A stretch of DNA of 64,000 nt. It comes from an uncultured Gemmatimonadales bacterium (GTDB taxonomy: Bacteria > Gemmatimonadota > Gemmatimonadetes > Gemmatimonadales > GWC2-71-9). Below, in pieces: positions 31,402 through 40,235 of this stretch (position 1 is the first letter of the stretch; the number at the start of each line of letters is the position of its first letter). The stretch is taken from the NCBI GenBank assembly GCA_963828735.1, contig CAWHFW010000002.1, positions 832,001 through 896,000 of the forward strand. The letters are read 5' to 3'. The notes below the pieces were generated by a model that had not been told where the DNA came from, did no database searches, and was given only the letters and a program-made list of their open reading frames with translations. Position numbers and translations under genes: made by a program.

Positions 31402-32415
31402 CTAGGTCGGAAGCTGCGAGGCGTCAATGGCCGTCACGATGAACGTATCGGCTTGCCCAAGCACCTGCGACGGGATGGCGTACTGGTCCAGGCCCGTATC
31501 CGGGTCGACCGTGAAGTCATTCGCGAACGCGTCGCTGTTCGGATTCTGCAGCAGTGCGAGTACCGCGGCATGCCGCGCCTCCACCGAGACGATCTTGCCG
31601 GCGGTCGTGAGGAAGTCGGGGTTTTCCAGCAGGAACCCCGCGCCGTTGTAGGCGCTCACGCCGAGGTTCTCGAACTGGATGGCCGCGTCGAGCACATGAC
31701 TCCGGTCCGTGAAATCCACGCTGGTAAAGTCGAACTCGAGATCCGGAATCGCGTCCGCGCCGAGCGCGGTCTTGAGGAAATCCCGGTGGATCACTTCGTG
31801 GTCCCGGATCTCGGTCAGCACCTGCTGCTCGTCCGCGGTGGCGCCCGCGTAGAACGCACCCACGACCGTCGTGTAGAACGCCGCCTCGAGTTGCTCCAGC
31901 GCGTAGGCGTAATTGAGCACGCCGACGTCGCCTGTCCCGAAATTCACCGGGCCGGCGACGACCGTGATCGTAAACGGGCTCCCGGAGATCGGGGCGCCGT
32001 TGATGGTGATGTCGAGGGTGTCGGTACCCTCCGTCGCGGGCGTGAAGTCGAACACGTACTTGCCGTTCGCGCGGTCCGCCACGCGGAGCGCGCCGAGGTT
32101 GTCCGCACCCGTCAACGTGGCCGTGACTGTATCGCCGCCGGTGAGCAGATCGACGCCGTTGGCATCCTTGGCCTGGACCGTGACTTCCACCGGTACGCCG
32201 GTCCCGGTGCTGGCGGGGACGTTCGCCGTGCTGTTGCCGGGGCTCACGGGCGCCCCGGTCGGGGTCGTGACGTCACTCCCGTTGTCACTGCATCCCGCAG
32301 TGACGACGGCGACCGTGACGCCGGACCACTTGAGGAAGGTCCGCCGGCTGGACGCACGGGCAACCCGTGCCAGGAAGTCCAGCTCCCGCAGACCTGCATC
32401 GAGCCTGTCGAGCAT
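31402..32415 (-). CDS. Tat lipoprotein: filamin-type Ig domain + ferritin-like (Ferritin_2) domain
   Basis: SRRTFLK then VTAGC lipobox; Ig segment aa ~56-153; LNYAYALEQLEAAFY, DHEVIH, FENLGVSAYNG, SVEARHA; GGAGG RBS. Confidence 0.85.
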   Translation of the reverse strand: MLDRLDAGLRELDFLARVARASSRRTFLKWSGVTVAVVTAGCSDNGSDVTTPTGAPVSPGNSTANVPASTGTGVPVEVTVQAKDANGVDLLTGGDTVTATLTGADNLGALRVADRANGKYVFDFTPATEGTDTLDITINGAPISGSPFTITVVAGPVNFGTGDVGVLNYAYALEQLEAAFYTTVVGAFYAGATADEQQVLTEIRDHEVIHRDFLKTALGADAIPDLEFDFTSVDFTDRSHVLDAAIQFENLGVSAYNGAGFLLENPDFLTTAGKIVSVEARHAAVLALLQNPNSDAFANDFTVDPDTGLDQYAIPSQVLGQADTFIVTAIDASQLPT

Positions 32416-32420
32416 GTTGT

Positions 32421-33344
32421 CTACCTCCTGCCTGGCAAAGAGTCCGAGGCGAGCTCCTCTTCGAGCAACGCCTTGTTGATAGCCATTCCAGCCTCAGCGC
32501 CTTCCGCCGCGGCGACCACCACGAACTGCGCCTCCTTCGACGCGTCACCGCAGACGTACAACCCCGGCACGTTGGTGGCCTCACACTTGCCGGTTGCGAC
32601 AGCTCCCTCCTTCGTGAAGCGGCAGCCCAGGCGAGCCGGAAGCTCAGAGGCCTGCCGCTGGCCGGTGGTGAAGAAGAGGGCGCGCCGAGGTTCCACGGCG
32701 CCTCCCTCGAACACGATGCGCTCGAGACGCCCGTCCCGGCCTTCCAGCCGGAGCACCCGCTCTTCGCGCACCCGAATTCCCAAAGCGTCCAGCCGGTACC
32801 GCATGCCGGCTTCCATGGTCGCCGGGCCATCCGTGCACAGCAGCACGTCGCGGCTCCAGACCGTGAGGCTCACGGCGAGGCCAGCACCAGCATCGCCCCG
32901 TCCGTAGCTCGCGATGGGCTGGTCCCGCCACTCCCATCCGTCGCAGTAGGGACAGTGATGCACACTCCGCCCGTACAGCGACTCGATCCCCTCGATCGCC
33001 GGGAGCTCGTCCACGATACCCGTCGCCAGCAGCAGCTTGCGCGACCGAACGATCGAGCCGTCTTCGCAGCACACCTGGAACCCCTCGTCGTCCCGTGCGG
33101 CGTCCACCACTCGGATGGTCCGTATGGCGACGGTGCTGTAAGGCCGCAGTTGCTCGCGCGCAAGCGCAAGCACCGTGGCCGGCGGTGTGCCGTCCCGCGT
33201 GAGGAAGCCGTGGACGGCGTCGGACCATCGATTGCGCGCCTCGCCGGTATCGCAGACAAGCACCCGGCGTCGGCATCGCCCCAGCATCAGTGCTGCGCTC
33301 AGTCCTGCCGGCCCCGCCCCCACCACGAGGCAGTCGTACGTCAG
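32421..33344 (-). CDS. NAD(P)/FAD-dependent oxidoreductase, thioredoxin reductase-like
   Basis: YDCLVVGAGPAG, LLLATG, HCPYCDGWE (CxxC), TNVPGLYVCGD. Start uncertain; placed at CTG 33344 to keep the first FAD-binding strand. Confidence 0.85.
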   Translation of the reverse strand: MTYDCLVVGAGPAGLSAALMLGRCRRRVLVCDTGEARNRWSDAVHGFLTRDGTPPATVLALAREQLRPYSTVAIRTIRVVDAARDDEGFQVCCEDGSIVRSRKLLLATGIVDELPAIEGIESLYGRSVHHCPYCDGWEWRDQPIASYGRGDAGAGLAVSLTVWSRDVLLCTDGPATMEAGMRYRLDALGIRVREERVLRLEGRDGRLERIVFEGGAVEPRRALFFTTGQRQASELPARLGCRFTKEGAVATGKCEATNVPGLYVCGDASKEAQFVVVAAAEGAEAGMAINKALLEEELASDSLPGRR

Positions 33345-33391
33345 GTCCGGCGACGCGGGACGACGCAGCGCAGACAGGCCGGTGTCGCGCG

Positions 33392-34129
33392 TTAGAGCGG
33401 CGAAGGCAGCTCGCCAGCTTCCATGACCTGCTTGAAGCGGCGCAGGTCATCCGCGATCTGCCGGCCCGGATCGTCACCCAGGGCATGCACGACCGCGTCC
33501 CCTGCCTTTCCCGCAGGGACGGCATATCGCATGACGATGCGCACTTCAGTCCCGCCGCCGTGGGCGGGAGTGAACTGGACCGACCCAGCCTGGTCCACGT
33601 CGGACCCCGGCAGGGATCGCCAGGCGATGAGCTCGTCCGGGATTTCGTTGTGGATCTCCGCGTCCCATTCCACCCGGGCGCCGAGCGGGCCCTTTGCCAC
33701 CCAGTGCGAGCGGCGGCTGTCGAGAATGGTGACCGATTCGAGGTTGTCCATGAAACGCGGCAGGTTGTCGAAGCGCCGCCAGAACTGGAACAACTCATCG
33801 CGCGGGCGCGCGATCACCACCGCCTGCTCCGTCTTGGTCCCTTCTCCCCGCTCGAGCCTGGCAATCCCGCCGGCCGCTACACCGCGCGCGCTGTTCCGTC
33901 CCAGGGCCCGGTTGACCTCGCAGCGGCCGGTGATCGCCCGGCGGAGCAAGCCGAGGCCCAAGGGTACGGCCAAGGTCCTCAGGCGCTTCCGACGGATCCC
34001 GTACCCGACCAGCGCCGCGCCGGCTATGCCGGAAATCCACCGTTCGGTGCGTCCGACATTGATATCGGTCTCACCCCAGGGCGTCGCACCTGCGTCGCCG
34101 GAGGTCGTTGTGCTCCAGACATTTGCCAC
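33392..34129 (-). CDS. SRPBCC (polyketide cyclase/START-like) protein with N-terminal DUF2892-like membrane segment
   Basis: INVGRTERWIS...RAITGRC, FWRRFDNLPRFM, SHWVAKGP, LRRFKQVMEAGE. Confidence 0.85.
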   Translation of the reverse strand: MANVWSTTTSGDAGATPWGETDINVGRTERWISGIAGAALVGYGIRRKRLRTLAVPLGLGLLRRAITGRCEVNRALGRNSARGVAAGGIARLERGEGTKTEQAVVIARPRDELFQFWRRFDNLPRFMDNLESVTILDSRRSHWVAKGPLGARVEWDAEIHNEIPDELIAWRSLPGSDVDQAGSVQFTPAHGGGTEVRIVMRYAVPAGKAGDAVVHALGDDPGRQIADDLRRFKQVMEAGELPSPL

Positions 34130-34284
34130 GAGAAAACATCCTTTCGCTCACTCAATGGTGGGCCGCCGTGGGAACTCCGGCCGTGACGCGGCTCACTCCG
34201 CACCCTCATCCTCGACCAAAGTCCATGGTGCGCCGCATCGTTCAGCGGCGCTGCCCAGGTCGAGATTCTCCAGCCGGCTGCTCC

Positions 34285-35085
34285 TTAGGGTGAGCTCGTG
34301 ACCCCCGATTCCAGAAGGGCCTTCAGGCGTCCGAGGTTCTCGTTCACTTGGGCGCGCGGGTCGCCGCCGAAAAACTCCGCGAGCGCCCGGCTCGCGAGTC
34401 CACGGGGAGGACTGTAGCAGAATCGAAAATCGATCCGCGTCCCCGACCCTTCGGGGGTGAAGCGGACCACGCCCGCGTTCTCCAGAATGGCTCCCGGCTC
34501 GCTGCGCCAGGAGAGAAGCCGCGGCGCGTCTCGCGCGGTGAGGACGGCGTCCCACGAGACCGCGCGGTCGCCCGGGCCCGTCACTACCCACCGCGATCGG
34601 CCGGCGCCCAGGTCCCGCACCTCGCGAATGTTGGACAGGATCAGCGGCAGATTGGCATAGTCCGACCAGAAGGCATACACGCGCTCGAGTGGGGCACTCA
34701 CGTAAAGCGTTTTCTGGATGTCGATCGTGTGCCGACGGTCGCGGGAGGCCGCTGAGGTGAACCCGCCCCGGATGCCGCGCGCCAAGAGGCCGAGGCCGGC
34801 CGAGCGCAGCACTCGGCCGATGCGGCCTCGACGAAGGATGCCGTATGCGAGGAGCAGGCCTCCGGCGACCCGGGCCCTCCGCCGAGCCTCGCTCCGAGGT
34901 TCCGTGAGATTGGCGGCCTCGAGGCCTCCGATGTCGCCGAGCCGCATCCCGTAGCGGCCGTGCGTCTGGAGCAGCCCGAGCTGTCCCCGCAATCGCGCCC
35001 GCCGCTCCGGCCCGCGCTCGCGGTCGAGGAAATAGACCAACCCTGCACCGACGACTGCCCCTCCCACGAACCGTCTCGCTGCCAT
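34285..35085 (-). CDS. SRPBCC family protein
   Basis: GAGLVYFLD N-terminal anchor, VYAFWSDYANLP, SRWVVTGP, LGRLKALLESG. Confidence 0.8.
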   Translation of the reverse strand: MAARRFVGGAVVGAGLVYFLDRERGPERRARLRGQLGLLQTHGRYGMRLGDIGGLEAANLTEPRSEARRRARVAGGLLLAYGILRRGRIGRVLRSAGLGLLARGIRGGFTSAASRDRRHTIDIQKTLYVSAPLERVYAFWSDYANLPLILSNIREVRDLGAGRSRWVVTGPGDRAVSWDAVLTARDAPRLLSWRSEPGAILENAGVVRFTPEGSGTRIDFRFCYSPPRGLASRALAEFFGGDPRAQVNENLGRLKALLESGVTSSP

Positions 35086-35246
35086 GGCGCCCTCCGAAAT
35101 GAGCCTTCAGACCCTGCAATCGACACCCGCCGCGAAACGGCGGCTGTGACCGATCTCACACTTCGGCGATGGATGGATGGCCATCCGCGCCGCGCTTACT
35201 TTTCACTCGGCCATCCCGGTCCGTCCTCACAAGGAGCCTGCCCCCC

Positions 35247-35612
35247 ATGATGTTGCCCTTCCTGTGTATCGGTCTCGCCGCCGGTGTGTTCTCCGGGCTC
35301 TTCGGAATCGGAGGCGGGCTCTTCATCGTGCCTGCGCTGGTGTTCTTCTCCGGCTTTCCAACGCGGGTCGCGCTGGGCACGTCGCTCGGCGCGCTGCTCC
35401 TGCCGGTGGGGCTGCTCGGGGCGTACACCTACTGGGAAAGCGGGAACGTGAACGTACGGGCGTCGCTCCTGATCGCGGCCGGCCTCACGGCCGGCGCCTT
35501 TGTGGGAGCGCGACTCGCGCAGGTAATCCCGACGGCGATGCTTCAGCGGATGTTCGCGGTCTTCATGGTGATCATGGCCGCCCAGCTCTGGCTCAGCGCG
35601 CGCGCCTCATGA
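35247..35612 (+). CDS. Half-size sulfite exporter TauE/SafE family protein (121 aa)
   Basis: AAGGAG RBS; GLAAGVFSGLFGIGGGLFIVP, ALGTSL; about 4 hydrophobic segments. Confidence 0.85.
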   Translation: MMLPFLCIGLAAGVFSGLFGIGGGLFIVPALVFFSGFPTRVALGTSLGALLLPVGLLGAYTYWESGNVNVRASLLIAAGLTAGAFVGARLAQVIPTAMLQRMFAVFMVIMAAQLWLSARAS

Positions 35613-36064
35613 TCGTGACGACCGCTACGTTCGCCCCCGGCGGCCCCATTCCGCGTGCCTGCACGTGCGATGGGGACGACCGCTCTCCGGGCCTCGCCTG
35701 GAACGAGGTTCCGATCGAGACCCGGAGCTTGGCCGTCGTCTGCGACGATCCTGACGCGCCCCACGGCACCTGGGTGCACTGGGTGCTCTTCAACCTCCCT
35801 GCGGACGCCGTCGAGCTGACGCCGGGCGTGCCGCGGCTGCCCGAGCTTCCCTCGGGTGCGCGCCAGGGGGTGAACGACGGCGGCGCCATCGGCTACAGCG
35901 GGCCCTGTCCCCCCCGCGGTGGCCCGCACCGATACTTCTTCCGAGTGTATGCGTTGGACATTTCGCTGAACCTTGCGCCCGGAGCGAGCCGGGCGCATTT
36001 GGATCGGGAGATGACCGGTCATGTCCTGGCGGAGGCCGCCGTGATGGGGACCTACAGCCGATGA
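35609..36064 (+). CDS. YbhB/YbcL (PEBP, Raf kinase inhibitor-like) protein
   Basis: DDPDAP, WVHWVLFN, YSGPCPP, HRYFFRVYALD; start re-called to ATG 35609. Confidence 0.9.
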   Translation: MIVTTATFAPGGPIPRACTCDGDDRSPGLAWNEVPIETRSLAVVCDDPDAPHGTWVHWVLFNLPADAVELTPGVPRLPELPSGARQGVNDGGAIGYSGPCPPRGGPHRYFFRVYALDISLNLAPGASRAHLDREMTGHVLAEAAVMGTYSR

Positions 36065-36582
36065 GATGGCTGCCGGCTCTCGCCCTTCTCGCCGCCTGCT
36101 CGCACGGCGGCGCGGGGCGGCCGGGGCCGGCGGCGGTCGCCTCCGGCACCCTGCGGGATTCGGCGGGCCAGCGAGTCGGCGTCGCCGCGGTGCTGGACAC
36201 CTCGGGCGCGCTCCAGCTCGCCGTGAGCGTCGGCGGTCTCACGCCGGGCCCTCACGGACTGCACATCCACGAGCATGGCGAATGCACGCCGCCGGACTTC
36301 TCGTCGGCCGGAGCGCACTTCAACCCCGAGCACCGGCAGCACGGGCACCTCAACCCGGAAGGGCCGCACCTCGGAGACCTGTCCAACATCGTCGCCGACA
36401 GTGAGGGATCCGCCGACACGAGCTTCGCCCTCGAGCCCGGCATGGTCGGGGCGGGGCCGCGTTCGCTCACCCGTCCCGGCGGCACAGCGGTCGTGATCCA
36501 TGCCGAGGCCGACGACGAGCGGACCGACCCGAGCGGAAATGCGGGCGCCCGCGTAGCCTGCGCCGTACTCGAGCCGGGCTGA
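36061..36582 (+). CDS. sodC: Cu/Zn superoxide dismutase, lipoprotein
   Basis: LAAC lipobox, HGLHIH, GAHFNP, HGH, HLGDL, VIH, GNAGARVAC. Confidence 0.9.
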   Translation: MRWLPALALLAACSHGGAGRPGPAAVASGTLRDSAGQRVGVAAVLDTSGALQLAVSVGGLTPGPHGLHIHEHGECTPPDFSSAGAHFNPEHRQHGHLNPEGPHLGDLSNIVADSEGSADTSFALEPGMVGAGPRSLTRPGGTAVVIHAEADDERTDPSGNAGARVACAVLEPG

Positions 36583-36638
36583 ATGGCCACCCCCGTGGTC
36601 CCGGGCTCCGAGGAGGTTCGCGCGCTCGGGCAGGGCGA

Positions 36639-37676
36639 GTGACGCTCCTCCGCCGGACCGACCGCGGTCTCTACTGCGAGGCCGGGAACTTCTACGTCGA
36701 CCCGTGGGCCGCCGTGGAACGCGCAGTGGTGACGCACGCGCACGGGGATCACGTCGCGTGGGGCTGTGGCGCCTATCTCACCTCGGCCGACGGGGCGCCA
36801 GTCCTGCGGCAGCGCCTCGACCTCTCCGCGCCGATCCGGGGGCTGGCATACGGCCACGCGCTCGACGTGGACGGCGTTCGGCTCTCGCTCCACCCCGCGG
36901 GACATATTCTCGGCTCGTCGCAGGTGCGCGTAGAGCACAAGGGAGAGATCTGGGTCGTTTCCGGCGACTACAAGACGGAGCCGGATCCCACCTGCGCCCC
37001 GTGGGAAGCGGTGCGGTGTCACACCTTCGTGAGCGAATGCACCTTCGGGCTGCCGGTGTACCGGTGGCAGGACACGGCCGCCGTGTTCGGCGACATTCAT
37101 GCCTGGTGGCGCGCCAACCAGGAGGCGGAGAAGACGACGCTGCTTTTCGCCTACGCCCTGGGCAAGGCTCAGCGACTCCTCGCCGGGCTCGATCCCGCGG
37201 TTGGGCCGATCCTCACCCACGGCGCCGTCGAGCGGCTCAATGCCGTGTACCGTGCCGCGGGCGTGGCCTTGCCGCCCACGACCCATGTGGCCGCGTCGGA
37301 TCGCGCGGACTGGAGACGCGCCATCGTGATCGCGCCGCCGTCGACGGACGGCTCGACCTGGGCTCGGCGATTCGGCCCGCAGTCCACGGCCTTCGCGTCC
37401 GGATGGATGGCCATTCGCGGGACCCGCCGGCGGCGCGCGGTCGACCGCGGCTTCGCCATTTCGGACCACGTGGACTGGCCCGGTCTGCTCGCCGCGATCG
37501 ACGCGACGGGCGCCGAGCGGGTGTGGGCCACCCACGGCTACACTGGTGTGCTCGTCCGCTGGCTTCGCGAGCACGGCGTGGAAGCGGACGCGATCGAGAC
37601 CCGGTACGAGGGCGAGCGCGACGACGCCGATGAAGCCGCCGCCGATCCCACCGACGAGACTCTCCCCGCGCGATGA
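36639..37676 (+). CDS. Ligase-associated DNA damage response exonuclease (MBL/beta-CASP)
   Basis: THAHGDH, PAGHILGS, SGDYK, ECTFGLP, ASGWM, SDHVDW, THGY. Confidence 0.9.
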   Translation: MTLLRRTDRGLYCEAGNFYVDPWAAVERAVVTHAHGDHVAWGCGAYLTSADGAPVLRQRLDLSAPIRGLAYGHALDVDGVRLSLHPAGHILGSSQVRVEHKGEIWVVSGDYKTEPDPTCAPWEAVRCHTFVSECTFGLPVYRWQDTAAVFGDIHAWWRANQEAEKTTLLFAYALGKAQRLLAGLDPAVGPILTHGAVERLNAVYRAAGVALPPTTHVAASDRADWRRAIVIAPPSTDGSTWARRFGPQSTAFASGWMAIRGTRRRRAVDRGFAISDHVDWPGLLAAIDATGAERVWATHGYTGVLVRWLREHGVEADAIETRYEGERDDADEAAADPTDETLPAR

Positions 37677-39302
37677 AAGCGTTCGCCCGCCTCTACGCCG
37701 AGCTCGACGAGACGACGGCCACCAACGAAAAGATCGCCGCGCTGGTCCGCTACTTCGGCCAGGCACCGCCGGCCGACGCGGCCTGGGCCGTGCACTTCCT
37801 GATCGGTCGCCGGCCCAAGCGACTCGTTCGAGCGTCCAACCTTCGCGCGTGGGCGGCCCGAGAAGCCGGCGTGGCGGACTGGCTGTTCGAAGAGAGCTAC
37901 CAGGCCGTCGGTGATCTGGCGGAGACCATGACCCTGCTGCTCCCCGATTCCGCCGCCTCGACCGATCTCTCCTTGGCGCACTGGGTCGAGACGCGTCTGC
38001 TTCCCCTCCGCGATCAGGACGACGCGGCTCAGGCTCGCGAGCTTGCGGCGCGCATGGCGCGAGCTCGGGCGCGGGGAGCGCTACGTCTGGAACAAGCTGA
38101 TCACCGGGAGCTTCCGCGTGGGCGCATCGGCGAGGCTCGTCGTCCGGGCGCTGGCCGGGGTGAGCGGGGTTGACGAGGGCACTATCGCGCATCGGCTCAT
38201 GGGTGCGTGGGAGCCCTCGGCCAGCTTCTTCGAGCGACTGATCGCGGGGGATACCCGCGACGCCGACGTGAGCCGGCCGTACCCGTTCTACCTCGCCTAC
38301 CCGCTCGAGGTGGATCCCGCCTCCCTCGGCGATCCGGACGACTGGCTCGCCGAATGGAAATGGGATGGGATCCGCGCGCAGCTCCTCCGCCGGGCAGGGC
38401 GCACGTTCCTGTGGTCCCGGGGGGAGGAACTCCTGAGCGGCCGGTTTCCCGAGGTGGAAGAAGCGGGGTCGCTCCTGCCCGAAGGCACCGTCATCGATGG
38501 CGAGCTTGTCCCGTGGTCAGGCACGGCGCCGCTGCCGTTCGCGCAGCTGCAGCGGCGCATCGGTCGAAAGACCCTGGGGCGGAAGATCCTCGGCGAGGTT
38601 CCCGTCGTTCTGGTTGCGTATGATCTCCTCGAGGAGCGGGGTGAAGACCTGCGCGACCGAGGCCTCGGCGAGCGCCGCGACCGCTTGGCGCGGCTGCTCG
38701 GCGCCACGCCATCGGCGGGCCGCCTCATCCTGTCACCGGCCGTGGAGGCCTCCGGGTGGCCCGAGATCGAGGCGGCGCGGCGACGCGCGCGCGAGACCGG
38801 CGCCGAAGGCGTCATGCTCAAGCGTCGGGCGAGCGCCTATGGCGTCGGGCGGCGACGAGGCGATTGGTGGAAGTGGAAGGTGGACCCGCATTCGGTAGAC
38901 GCGGTGCTGATGTACGCCCAACCGGGGAGCGGGCGACGCGCGGGCCTCTACACCGACTACACGTTCGGCATCTGGGATGGCGACACGCTCGTTCCGTTCG
39001 CGAAGGCATACACCGGCCTCACAGACGAGGAGATTCGCCAGGTGGACGCCTACGTTCGCCGGAACACCCTCGAGAAGTTCGGCCCGGTGCGCACTGTCCG
39101 ACCCGAGCTCGTGTTCGAGGTCGCCTTCGAAGGCATTCAGCGGTCCACCCGGCACAAGTCCGGACTCGCCGTGCGCTTTCCGCGAATGGCCCGGTGGCGG
39201 ACGGACAAGCGTCCCCAGGATGCCGACACGCTCGAGACGGTTCGGGCCCTTATCGACGACCGCCTCCCGGCCGAAAGCGGAGGAGAGGGCCAAGGAACGT
39301 AA
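37673..39302 (+). pseudogene. ATP-dependent DNA ligase with a +1 frameshift at ~38043 (pseudogene or assembly indel)
   Basis: N-terminal DNA-binding domain (VGDLAET) in ORF 37673-38173; catalytic EWKWDGIR, IDGE, AYDLL, EGVMLK, RFPR in ORF 38043-39302. Removing one T from GAGCTTGCGG gives ELRRAWREL and 542 aa. Confidence 0.85.
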
Positions 39303-39373
39303 GGGCCCTCCGCCGACCGCATCCTGATTCGCACCTGGTTACATTCGCAGGGTCCAGCCCTTCGAAAGCGTCG

Positions 39374-40195
39374 ATGCCCGCCTTCATCTGCATCACCTGT
39401 GGCACCCAATACCCGGACAGCGCCGTCCCGCCGGAACAGTGCGTCATCTGCAGCGAAGAACGGCAGTACATCGGCTGGCAGGGCCAGCAGTGGACCACGG
39501 TGGACGAGCTCCGCCTTGGCCACCGGAACCGGGTGGCACCGGAGGGCCCGGGCCTGCTAGGCATCGGAACCGAGCCGAAGTTTGCCATCGGTCAGCGTGC
39601 TCTTCACCTGGCGCATGCCGGCGGCGGCTTCCTGTGGGATTGCATCAGCCTGGTGGATGACGCGACGGTGGCCAGCCTCCGGGAGCGCGGCGGCGTCACC
39701 GGCATCGCGATCTCCCACCCGCACTTCTACTCCGGGATGGTGGAGTGGAGCCGCGCGCTCGGGGACGTGCCGATCTATCTCCATGCAGCGGATGCCGATT
39801 GGGTCGTGCGCCACGACCGGGCGATACGCTTCTGGGACGGCGACACGCGCGAGGTTGCGCCCGGCCTTACGCTCATCCGGTGCGGCGGCCACTTCGCCGG
39901 GAGCACCGTGCTGCACTGGGCCGATGGAGCCGACGGCAGCGGAGCACTCCTCACGGGCGACACGATGATGGTGGGCGAAGACCGCAGAACCGTCGGGTTC
40001 ATGTACAGCTTCCCCAACTACATCCCCGTCAACGCACGTGCGGTGCAGCACATCGGCGCGATGGTCGAGCCGTTCGAGTTCGACCACGTGTACGGAGCCT
40101 GGTTCGGCCGGAACATCCTCTCCGCGGGAAAGGGTGCGGTACGCTACTCCGTCCGCCGCTATCTGCACGCCCTCTCGGATCGTGGACAACCCTAG
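39374..40195 (+). CDS. MBL-fold metallo-hydrolase with N-terminal CxxC...CxxC (YmaE-like)
   Basis: MPAFICITCGTQY...CVICSEERQY, ISHPHFY, GGHFAG, LTGD, FMYSFPNYIP. Confidence 0.8.
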   Translation: MPAFICITCGTQYPDSAVPPEQCVICSEERQYIGWQGQQWTTVDELRLGHRNRVAPEGPGLLGIGTEPKFAIGQRALHLAHAGGGFLWDCISLVDDATVASLRERGGVTGIAISHPHFYSGMVEWSRALGDVPIYLHAADADWVVRHDRAIRFWDGDTREVAPGLTLIRCGGHFAGSTVLHWADGADGSGALLTGDTMMVGEDRRTVGFMYSFPNYIPVNARAVQHIGAMVEPFEFDHVYGAWFGRNILSAGKGAVRYSVRRYLHALSDRGQP

Positions 40196-40235
40196 CGAGG
40201 ACGGCCGTTACCGGCGTGGCGGCGGTGCGCTGGCG

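Noticed and set aside
35115..35132. Sigma54-like GG...TTGCA upstream of the SRPBCC gene
   Set aside because: GG-to-GC spacing does not fit the strict -24/-12 geometry.
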